Of a DNA stretch of 31,876 bases, positions 7,140 to 14,948 are shown in pieces. Numbering within the stretch: position 1 is the first letter of the stretch; each line of letters starts with the position of its first letter. This DNA is from an uncultured archaeon (GTDB lineage Archaea > Asgardarchaeota > Lokiarchaeia > Sigyniarchaeales > SOKP01). Under the pieces are notes generated by a model, which saw only the letters and a list, made by a program, of their open reading frames with translations, was not told the DNA's origin and ran no database searches. The stretch lies in NCBI GenBank assembly GCA_964508365.1, contig CAZDTP010000049.1, positions 1-31,876 on the forward strand. Direction: 5' to 3'. Position numbers and translations under genes: made by a program.

Positions 7140-9011
7140 GTGAAAAAAAAAGATAAAGCAATTCTTTTCCTATATTTTTTATTAGGAATAATGCTTATTC
7201 CCAAATCGGCATTAGGATTTTCATGCAGTAATACTTTGCTAGTAACCGATAAAAACACATATAATAATAATGAGAATATTTATATTAATGGATACTGGGA
7301 GTTATATTACGACTCAGGGTTCGAAATTTCCTATGTTCAGATTCAGATTACTAATATTTTTGATAATATCCTTTGGAATTCTTCCAATTATTACACAATC
7401 GGAATATCTCAGAAAAATTGGACGATTAATATTCAATTCTTAAACTTAACACTTACAAATAATTCCTGTAGAATTTACATAAAAATGTTTAATTACTACG
7501 AAAATTTCAATTCTCACGATGTTGTAGCGACATACAAAGAAATTATAACAATTAATATCACTAAACGAGATGTTGATTGTGAATTGACCAATTTTAAAAG
7601 CGAATTAATATATGGAGAGTCTAATTTGTTTAATGCAAGATTCTACAGTGGAAATACGAGTTATTGCTTAGTAAATGAAACACTGCTGTGCTTAATACGA
7701 AATAATAACGAAATTATCTATCAAACGAATTTTACAACAGATAACGATGGAATGATTTCATTCAACATTTCAACGGTTAATCATTTGGATTTAGGAAGAA
7801 ATGATGTATCATTTAATATTAGAAACAATTCACGCTATTTGGATACTACATTCTCTTACGAAGTATATGTAAATAAAATACCTGTTTATGGGGAAATTAC
7901 TAATTTTGTAAATAGTACAGAAGAAGGTAGCCTGATAAAAATTCAGCTATTTTACTATTATTTTAACTCAAGTATAAAACCGCTTGAAAACGAGAATTTA
8001 AAAATTACTGTTTATGGTAATGCAACTCTCGAATACGAGGAGATGTTAAAGACTAATCAAACGGGATTTGTTAATATCAATATTTTACCGTCTATTTTCA
8101 ACTTTGAAGAAGGCGACAAAATGTTTTATGTAGATGTGGATGTTATATTTAACGGAACTAGTTATTTAGAGAATAGAACGATCTCTCTATCCTTTCAAAT
8201 TCATAAATTTCTTAAAGGATATGTTGATTGTGAATTGACCAATTTTAAAAGCGAATTAATATATGGAGAGTCTAATTTGTTTAATGCAAGATTCTACAGT
8301 GGAAATACGAGTTATTGCTTAGTAAATGAAACACTGCTGTGCTTAATACGAAATAATAACGAAATTATCTATCAAACGAATTTTACAACAGATAACGATG
8401 GAATGATTTCATTCAACATTTCAACGGTTAATCATTTGGATTTAGGAAGAAATGATGTATCATTTAATATTAGAAACAATTCACGCTATTTGGATACTAC
8501 ATTCTCTTACGAAGTATATGTAAATAAAATACCTGTTTATGGGGAAATTACTAATTTTGTAAATAGTACAGAAGAAGGTAGCCTGATAAAAATTCAGCTA
8601 TTTTACTATTATTTTAACTCAAGTATAAAACCGCTTGAAAACGAGAATTTAAAAATTACTGTTTATGGTAATGCAACTCTCGAATACGAGGAGATGTTAA
8701 AGACTAATCAAACGGGATTTGTTAATATCAATATTTTACCGTCTATTTTCAACTTTGAAGAAGGCGACAAAATGTTTTATGTAGATGTGGATGTTATATT
8801 TAACGGAACTAGTTATTTAGAGAACAGAACGATCTCACTATCATTTCAAATTCATAATTTTCAATATCACAGAAATTATAGCTCGTTCTATTTTGTCAAT
8901 ATTTGTCTCCTTTCAATTTTAACTTCTCTTTTTACATCAATTGGATTAAAAGTATATGAGTACAAAAAGGCGGCTTTTAAATTAATTAGAGATATCACAT
9001 TCAAATTTTAA
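7140..9011 (+). CDS. Membrane-anchored cell-surface glycoprotein with Ig-like repeats
   Basis: Signal peptide (MKKKDKAILFLYFLLGIMLIPKSALG), beta-rich repeats with TDNDG/TNQTG Big-domain-like motifs, and 11 N-x-S/T sequons per 217-aa unit. A C-terminal TM helix is followed by a short basic tail. Confidence 0.85.
   Translation: MKKKDKAILFLYFLLGIMLIPKSALGFSCSNTLLVTDKNTYNNNENIYINGYWELYYDSGFEISYVQIQITNIFDNILWNSSNYYTIGISQKNWTINIQFLNLTLTNNSCRIYIKMFNYYENFNSHDVVATYKEIITINITKRDVDCELTNFKSELIYGESNLFNARFYSGNTSYCLVNETLLCLIRNNNEIIYQTNFTTDNDGMISFNISTVNHLDLGRNDVSFNIRNNSRYLDTTFSYEVYVNKIPVYGEITNFVNSTEEGSLIKIQLFYYYFNSSIKPLENENLKITVYGNATLEYEEMLKTNQTGFVNINILPSIFNFEEGDKMFYVDVDVIFNGTSYLENRTISLSFQIHKFLKGYVDCELTNFKSELIYGESNLFNARFYSGNTSYCLVNETLLCLIRNNNEIIYQTNFTTDNDGMISFNISTVNHLDLGRNDVSFNIRNNSRYLDTTFSYEVYVNKIPVYGEITNFVNSTEEGSLIKIQLFYYYFNSSIKPLENENLKITVYGNATLEYEEMLKTNQTGFVNINILPSIFNFEEGDKMFYVDVDVIFNGTSYLENRTISLSFQIHNFQYHRNYSSFYFVNICLLSILTSLFTSIGLKVYEYKKAAFKLIRDITFKF
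7570..8857 (+). repeat. In-frame tandem duplication, period 651 nt (7570-8206 vs 8221-8857)
   Basis: 7570-8173 read as identical to 8221-8824 (604 nt). The next 33 nt contain three synonymous differences (8174/8825, 8186/8837, 8192/8843). Confidence 0.97.
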
Positions 9012-9279
9012 GCAAAAAATCGAAAGGGGAAACTTAGAGCTAACTTTTACGATGCAATTATAAGGATGAAATTTTCCATCCGACAAAAAAGAATAACGCT
9101 TTTAATTGAAGCAAAGTAACGATAATTATTAATATCACGAACAATCGCATACTCTCCAGAGAGGAACTTGAGAATTAAAATGGTTTATAATTCTTTATAT
9201 TAATAAAAAATTAGTACTCTGTATTTCATTATATATTATGATTTTCTAACTTCTAATATCATTTTATCAAATATCCTCA

Positions 9280-10485
9280 ATGACAATAGATTACTTTGAA
9301 GATTTATTAAAAAAACCATCGTTGTTCAAAAACGAAAGGAAACTCGATAACGATTATGTTCCTAAAATGCTACCGCATCGAAATAAAGAGTTATCATTGC
9401 TATCTCAACTATTTTTAGTGCTCGTAACGAATCCGAATTCAATTTCACGAAAAATATTAATAATTGGGAAAACAGGAATTGGAAAAACTGCTACAATTAA
9501 ACTTTTTGGACAAATGTTAGTAAACGCAGCTCAAAAAAGATCAGGAGATATTAAGTATGTTCATATTAACTGTCGGAAAGAAAGGACTAGCTATAAAGTC
9601 TTAATCAAAATAGTGCGTACACTCAATAATAATTTTCCAAAAAGAGGATACTCTCCACAAGATTTACTTGAAATTATTATTGATCTGATAAGAGATCAAA
9701 ATCTCCATTTATTAATTGTTTTAGATGAATTAAGCTATTTAATTGGCAAGGGGGAGGATCTTATTTATTCGCTTACGAGAATTAACGATGACTCGTTCAA
9801 AACCCGCCAACACATTTCTATTATTGGAATTGCAAGAGATATATCTTGTTTAAGTGGTTTGGATACTAGTACTATGAGCACTTTGCAGAGGAATATAATA
9901 TATTTCAACAATTATAATAAAGAACAGCTCTTTGATATATTGAAGTATAGAACAGAACTTAGTTTAAAAGAGAATATTATTTCGGATAACTTAATCCAAA
10001 CTATTTCGGATATAGTATATCAGAGTGGAGATATAAGGTATGGATTAAATTTACTATGGAAATCAACAAAAATCGCAGAAAATCAGAATTTAAAATATAT
10101 CACTATAGAATCAATCCGTCTTGCAAATCAAGACATAGTTCCTTTTTCTACACTAGATATATTAAAATATATGTCTACTCAAAAAATCATTTTTTTATTA
10201 GCTATTATAAATTCTTTAGATAAGTGTAGAGGAATTCATTCATCTATTCGTGAAATCACTGAATCATATTTAATATTATGTGAAAGCTTAGGAATTCAAC
10301 CACGGTCTCATTCACAACTATGGAATTACCTCCAGGAGTTTAAAAGAGAATATTTAATTAGTATGGAAATCGTCAGTGAGTCTATTAAAGGCCGAAAAGC
10401 TCAAATAACTGTTCAAAATATTCCCATTTCAAAGTATAAAGAATTTTTATTAGAAGTAATGGAAACTAAAGGGATAAAGATTTGA
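9280..10485 (+). CDS. cdc6: Cdc6/Orc1 replication initiator (AAA+ with C-terminal winged helix)
   Basis: DYVPKMLPHRNKEL, Walker A GKTGIGKT, YVHINC, Walker B LIVLDE, sensor GDIRYGLNLL and a C-terminal wHTH (ISMEIVSESIKGRKAQI). Confidence 0.95.
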   Translation: MTIDYFEDLLKKPSLFKNERKLDNDYVPKMLPHRNKELSLLSQLFLVLVTNPNSISRKILIIGKTGIGKTATIKLFGQMLVNAAQKRSGDIKYVHINCRKERTSYKVLIKIVRTLNNNFPKRGYSPQDLLEIIIDLIRDQNLHLLIVLDELSYLIGKGEDLIYSLTRINDDSFKTRQHISIIGIARDISCLSGLDTSTMSTLQRNIIYFNNYNKEQLFDILKYRTELSLKENIISDNLIQTISDIVYQSGDIRYGLNLLWKSTKIAENQNLKYITIESIRLANQDIVPFSTLDILKYMSTQKIIFLLAIINSLDKCRGIHSSIREITESYLILCESLGIQPRSHSQLWNYLQEFKREYLISMEIVSESIKGRKAQITVQNIPISKYKEFLLEVMETKGIKI

Positions 10486-10775
10486 TAGTAAAAGAAGCAG
10501 AAGAGAACTTTAAAATCGAAAATTTATTAGGATCACGGGCAAGAATTAAAATTTTAAAAGTATTAGCTTTAAATCAAGAATTATCAATATCTCAGATTAT
10601 AAAGATTACTAAACTTAATCATGCAAGCGTTAAAAGTCACTTAGATTATTTAAAATCCTATAAATTAATTCAGGAGAAAATATTTGGGCGAATAAAGATA
10701 TATAGATACAAATTTGAAAACATTAGGGCTAATAGTTTAAAAAAATTTATACAAATATGGGAAGGCGATTTATAA
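10482..10775 (+). CDS. ArsR-like winged-helix transcriptional regulator
   Basis: LLGSRARIKILKVL...LSISQIIKIT.LNHASVKSHLDYL....LI....FGRIKIY. The TTG start overlaps the cdc6 stop (TTGA). Confidence 0.85.
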   Translation: MIVKEAEENFKIENLLGSRARIKILKVLALNQELSISQIIKITKLNHASVKSHLDYLKSYKLIQEKIFGRIKIYRYKFENIRANSLKKFIQIWEGDL

Positions 10776-10778
10776 GGA

Positions 10779-11444
10779 ATGATTCCAAACATAGGTGGGA
10801 TTTTTTTTTATTATTCAAATATAGTTCTATTATACTGTATGTATAGAGATATTTGTTTTAGGAAAATACCAAACAAAAGCCTTACATATTTCTTTATTGT
10901 TGGTTTTATCTTAACTCTTGTTGAAGCTCAAAATTATTATACTAACCTGATGATTTTTGTGATCTGCAAATCTATAATCGTTTTATTAGCATATATTTTT
11001 TCTTTTTCGCTGTTCTGTTTAAAATTAATGGGGGGAAGTGATGGTAAGTTAATTATCTTTTTGTTCTTGACTTTTCCTATTCTTGGTTTTAATTTCCATT
11101 TGTTTTTTTCTTTTTTTATATATCTTTTGATCTTATTTTTATTACTATTATCATTTAATTACCTTTTCAATCGTTTTTTAACAAAATCTCATACTTTCAA
11201 TATGTTGCATGCATTAAATGAAAAAATTTCATATCCTCGCAAAACATTTTTGAAATTATTTTATAGGTTTTTGGATTTTTCGCAAATAAATAAATATTCA
11301 GATACTAAGCTCCAGATGAAATCACTTATTTTGTTTTATAATGAAGAAAGAGAAAAATTTCAATTTCTTGCACAAATTAGACCTCCAATTGCTGTATTAA
11401 TATTCATTTCCTATGATTTTTTGATGATTAATTATCTTTTCTAA
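10779..11444 (+). CDS. Prepilin/class III signal peptidase, family A24 (PibD/FlaK-like)
   Basis: Both catalytic Asp motifs are present (YRDICFRKIPN and LMGGSDGK), with multiple TM segments and a C-terminal IRPPIAVLIFISY resembling the archaeal A24B tail. Confidence 0.88.
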   Translation: MIPNIGGIFFYYSNIVLLYCMYRDICFRKIPNKSLTYFFIVGFILTLVEAQNYYTNLMIFVICKSIIVLLAYIFSFSLFCLKLMGGSDGKLIIFLFLTFPILGFNFHLFFSFFIYLLILFLLLLSFNYLFNRFLTKSHTFNMLHALNEKISYPRKTFLKLFYRFLDFSQINKYSDTKLQMKSLILFYNEEREKFQFLAQIRPPIAVLIFISYDFLMINYLF

Positions 11445-11582
11445 TAAAAAGTAAGTAATGAAAACCTCTTTTTTTTTAATTTTTTGATTAAAATCTACGG
11501 TTCTTATATAAGGATAATTTTAAATTGGTTAATTTTTATTAAAATATTGATATTTAATTATCTTAAGAGCGAGGCTAAATTA

Positions 11583-11969
11583 ATGGAAATCGAAAAAACC
11601 AGAGAAACTTCATGGAAGATTCAATTAAAAAATAAAAATGAAAATATTGAATTAACTTCAGTAGAAATAAGTGGTGAAGTTCGTCTGATAAAACTTAGAT
11701 TATTAAAAAACGGTGATTTTATAAATGTGGAAATGAAAAAGGAAGAATTTTTTAATTTTTTATCCTTAATTTCTGCTTTTAAAGATGTAGTAATAGGTGA
11801 TGATAACATATCATTAACTGATGACATAATTCGTGAAGATCTTGAATCACACAATAAGACAAATGAAGATGAAAATATCTATGTAAAAATAGAACCTCAA
11901 ATATTAGAAAAAGATTTTAAAAATAATGAGGAAAAAGAACTGAATCCTGAAGAATGGGATCCTTGGTGA
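11583..11969 (+). CDS. Hypothetical protein, PC4/PUR-like fold with an acidic tail (start revised from 11484)
   Basis: ATG at 11583 preceded by GAGG. Four predicted strands, then the helix KEEFFNFLSLISAF, then an acidic linker ending NPEEWDPW. The fold call is inference. Confidence 0.6.
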   Translation: MEIEKTRETSWKIQLKNKNENIELTSVEISGEVRLIKLRLLKNGDFINVEMKKEEFFNFLSLISAFKDVVIGDDNISLTDDIIREDLESHNKTNEDENIYVKIEPQILEKDFKNNEEKELNPEEWDPW

Positions 11970-11978
11970 TTTAAATCT

Positions 11979-12467
11979 TTAAAAAATTTTCTCGATTCTA
12001 AATTCACATGAATTTAAACTTGGATCTTCAATATTACAACTATTTTCTATAACATTTACTTTATAGAGTGCATATTCTCCAAAACCGGCCAATAATCCCG
12101 TAATATAATAACATATATACTTTGATTTGTTATTTAAATTGTTTGATATATTATGTTGAAGTTCAATTACGATTAAGTTGTCTGAAATTTGTTTTGGATT
12201 AAAAATTCCCCATCCATGATTGCTTACTATGGTGCAAAATTGATTAACTAGATCACTTAAGGTTTTTGATTTTAATTGTTCATCCCAATTCTGAATTAAC
12301 GCCCAGCCAACTTTTTTACCTAACCAAACTAGTAAGGATTTTACTCCCTCTCCATATATCGATGATAGTATATCAATTATTTGTGGAGGAAAAAACACAA
12401 ATCTTTCATTATATAAATCATATTTCCCCTTATCGTATTTTAATCCCTTCAATTTTAAATTTCTCAT
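11979..12467 (-). CDS. V4R (4-vinyl reductase / Bet3-related) domain protein
   Basis: ERFVFFP, LL..LGK.VG, HGWG, and CYYITGLLAGF...V.ENSC......CEFRIE. ATG at 12467 is preferred over TTG at 12479. Confidence 0.88.
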   Translation of the reverse strand: MRNLKLKGLKYDKGKYDLYNERFVFFPPQIIDILSSIYGEGVKSLLVWLGKKVGWALIQNWDEQLKSKTLSDLVNQFCTIVSNHGWGIFNPKQISDNLIVIELQHNISNNLNNKSKYICYYITGLLAGFGEYALYKVNVIENSCNIEDPSLNSCEFRIEKIF

Positions 12468-12666
12468 AATTATAATCAAATCATTTTTTTATATAATATT
12501 TTCTAGGTCACTCCGTTTTTCATACTATTTAACATTTGAAAAAATAATGTGAAATAGACCTAATTCTTGTCACTTATAAATATTTGGTTTTTAAAACTCA
12601 ATATCCCATGATCTTTTAAAATATTCTTAGAATTTTAAATAGTTTTTTTATCATATAAGTTAGATT

Positions 12667-12963
12667 ATGTCGAATTTTACTTTAAATCTACTGCAATTCT
12701 TTCTATTAATATCGCTTTTCATATTTATTTTTCTATATTCCATAACATCCACCGAACTAACAACTGTATTTGTTTCTCTTATATTATTCTTAATATTTTT
12801 AATACCTTTTCTCCAAATTCTAAATGAAATAGAAATTTTTATGTTTAATATTGGTATTGATATGTTATTATTTAGAACGATAATTTCTTATTCTAAATTC
12901 TTTATTATATTTATTGGCGTTTTTTTAATAGCTGAATTATTTTATATCATTTTTTTTAGTTAA
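12667..12963 (+). CDS. Small hydrophobic membrane protein (about 3 TM)
   Basis: The ORF fills the gap between V4R and the TadC-like gene and has three hydrophobic stretches. F/I/L richness can also arise by chance in AT-rich DNA. Confidence 0.5.
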   Translation: MSNFTLNLLQFFLLISLFIFIFLYSITSTELTTVFVSLILFLIFLIPFLQILNEIEIFMFNIGIDMLLFRTIISYSKFFIIFIGVFLIAELFYIIFFS

Positions 12964-12980
12964 TACTTACTAATATCTTC

Positions 12981-14498
12981 TTAAAAATAATTGATAACAT
13001 TAAAAAAACTTGATAAAAATGCTACTACATATATAATACAGGAAGTAGTAATTAGAACTCTCTTTCTTTCGTAGGATATGATTTCCAAGAAATAGTAAGA
13101 GGATATATAGACACAAAACCATAGTGCAAGAAAAATAACAACGAAATCATAACTAAATATTAATTCTAATAATGAAGATAAATAAATATTACTAGAGAAG
13201 GATATGTTGTTAATCATAATGTTGAACAGTGGAAATAAACCCCCAATTCCACCAATTACGATAGGGAGCAGGAATAAAAAAAATAATACCCTAAAACGTT
13301 CTCCTCTAATTATAATTTCTAACTGGCTCTCTAGTTTTTGATGTTTTGAAATTTCACTTAATAACTCATTGATCTTTTTATGAGATATGTATGCGTTTTT
13401 ACTAACTAACTTTCCAATTACGTCTAGTATTATTTTAAACCGTATTGAATTTGTCTCAATTTCTAAATTCTCCAGCATTTCCTCAAAAGAACAGGAGAAA
13501 TTTAAAAGATTAGTGATTTGTGACTTTATTGGGGCGTCTATTAATACGAATTGACTTTTATTTTGAAAATATGAATTTATGAATGCAATTTCAGGTGAAG
13601 AGTTTTTTTGTAAGTGTAATGTAAAACCTTTCAAGAAGGAGATGAATTCGTGAAATTTAGCTTTTTCCTCCTTCGAATAATTATTTAACAATCCGAGCAA
13701 GAATGAATCATTTCGTAGAAATTTCTTGTTTAATGTTTTAATTGATATAAAATAAATTGGTAGAATTATAACTAATAAAAGAAAATTAATTTTTTGGAAC
13801 AAAATTAAAAAACAGATTCCCAAAGGGAAAAATAATCCAATAAAAAAGAAGACACTTAATTTTGACTCAATTTCTCTTAGATATTGCCGAAATTTTTTTT
13901 CTAATGAATTTTCGGTAAGGGTTTCATTATAAGTAAAATTAGATATTAACAATTCTTTTAAATAGGAATTAAAATCTATTGAAGGAGTGATAACATTCGT
14001 GAGTAACTTCTCGGGATTTTGACCTAATTGAATCTTGTTTAATATTTTCCGGAATTCTTTCTTAATTGGAAGGTCATAGTCCGAAATTAGTCTAATAAAA
14101 TTAATAGTTAAATCAGCACTGTTTCCAACGGATTTTTGTATAAGTGAAAAATAAATTCTAATAACATAAACGAAGGCATTCAATTGATTCTCCTTCTTTA
14201 CGATCTCTTTGTAAAACTTTTTATTGAAACTGTAAGAAAAAAATAAAGAGAATATTAGGGAAAAAGAAGATATTTGTAAAAGATTGAATATTGAGAGAAA
14301 ACTGGAAGTAGTGAATAATGTAATGAACGAAATTAAAAATATTATAAAGCTAGCTTTATTAATATCATTCTCATGGACATTGTATTCTTTTTCATACATT
14401 AATTTGTATCTAGTATCTAATTTTCTAAATCTGAATCGGGGGATATGATAAGGATGAATTTTTTGGCATAAAATTATCAGAATATTAGTAACATCCAT
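12981..14498 (-). CDS. Type IV pilus / T2SS F-family membrane platform protein (TadC/FlaJ-like)
   Basis: Two T2SSF-like cytoplasmic units (EFRKILNKIQLGQNPEKLL; NSSPEIAF...CSFEEMLENL) alternate with TM pairs. It lies downstream of the secretion ATPase and pilin. Confidence 0.85.
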   Translation of the reverse strand: MDVTNILIILCQKIHPYHIPRFRFRKLDTRYKLMYEKEYNVHENDINKASFIIFLISFITLFTTSSFLSIFNLLQISSFSLIFSLFFSYSFNKKFYKEIVKKENQLNAFVYVIRIYFSLIQKSVGNSADLTINFIRLISDYDLPIKKEFRKILNKIQLGQNPEKLLTNVITPSIDFNSYLKELLISNFTYNETLTENSLEKKFRQYLREIESKLSVFFFIGLFFPLGICFLILFQKINFLLLVIILPIYFISIKTLNKKFLRNDSFLLGLLNNYSKEEKAKFHEFISFLKGFTLHLQKNSSPEIAFINSYFQNKSQFVLIDAPIKSQITNLLNFSCSFEEMLENLEIETNSIRFKIILDVIGKLVSKNAYISHKKINELLSEISKHQKLESQLEIIIRGERFRVLFFLFLLPIVIGGIGGLFPLFNIMINNISFSSNIYLSSLLELIFSYDFVVIFLALWFCVYISSYYFLEIISYERKRVLITTSCIIYVVAFLSSFFNVINYF

Positions 14499-14518
14499 AG
14501 TATAACTATAACTCTAAA

Positions 14519-14932
14519 TTAAATGAATTGAACATTAATATAATTATAATTACATGAAATATTTAAGATGTATCGCGAAGCAAAGAGGTTAATATATATA
14601 CGGCTAATGAAAGGTTTCACATATTCATAGATTTTACATTGAATTTCGTCTTCTATTAAAAAGTTATATTTAACATAGTCTTCAGTTAATGTAATATTTA
14701 AATTTCTTGGGTACTCGATTTCATTTAAAAAATTTACATTAGGATTCTTAATGACAAAAAGAATTGCGGTATCTAATTCATTAAAAAAGTTATTGTAATT
14801 CTCTACATCATTTTTAATCGTGCCATTAAATTCAGAAATATTAATTATAAAAGGATTAATTAGTGAGACGAAAGTAATAAGAATAAATATTCCAAAACCT
14901 GTCAATAATGCTTTTTCTAACAGATTTGTCAT
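14519..14932 (-). CDS. Putative archaeal type IV pilin-like protein (class III signal peptide)
   Basis: MTNLLEKA/LLTGFGIFILITFVSLINPFI is a [KR][GA] motif followed by a hydrophobic stretch and a beta-rich C-terminus. It sits between the ATPase and platform genes, with SD AGGA. Confidence 0.7.
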   Translation of the reverse strand: MTNLLEKALLTGFGIFILITFVSLINPFIINISEFNGTIKNDVENYNNFFNELDTAILFVIKNPNVNFLNEIEYPRNLNITLTEDYVKYNFLIEDEIQCKIYEYVKPFISRIYINLFASRYILNISCNYNYINVQFI

Positions 14933-14948
14933 GTATCCTATTAAAAAT

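Noticed and set aside
7570-8857. Repeat considered as a CRISPR array or mobile element
   Set aside because: It consists of two long in-frame coding units with no spacers, terminal inverted repeats or transposase.
11484-11582. N-terminal 33 codons of the ORF-track call 11484..11969
   Set aside because: AT-rich intergenic-like sequence. ATG 11583 has a GAGG SD and begins the folded-looking region.
11621-11854. 77-aa minus-strand ORF
   Set aside because: Antisense shadow of the PC4-like gene.
12266-12469. 67-aa plus-strand ORF
   Set aside because: Antisense shadow of the V4R gene.
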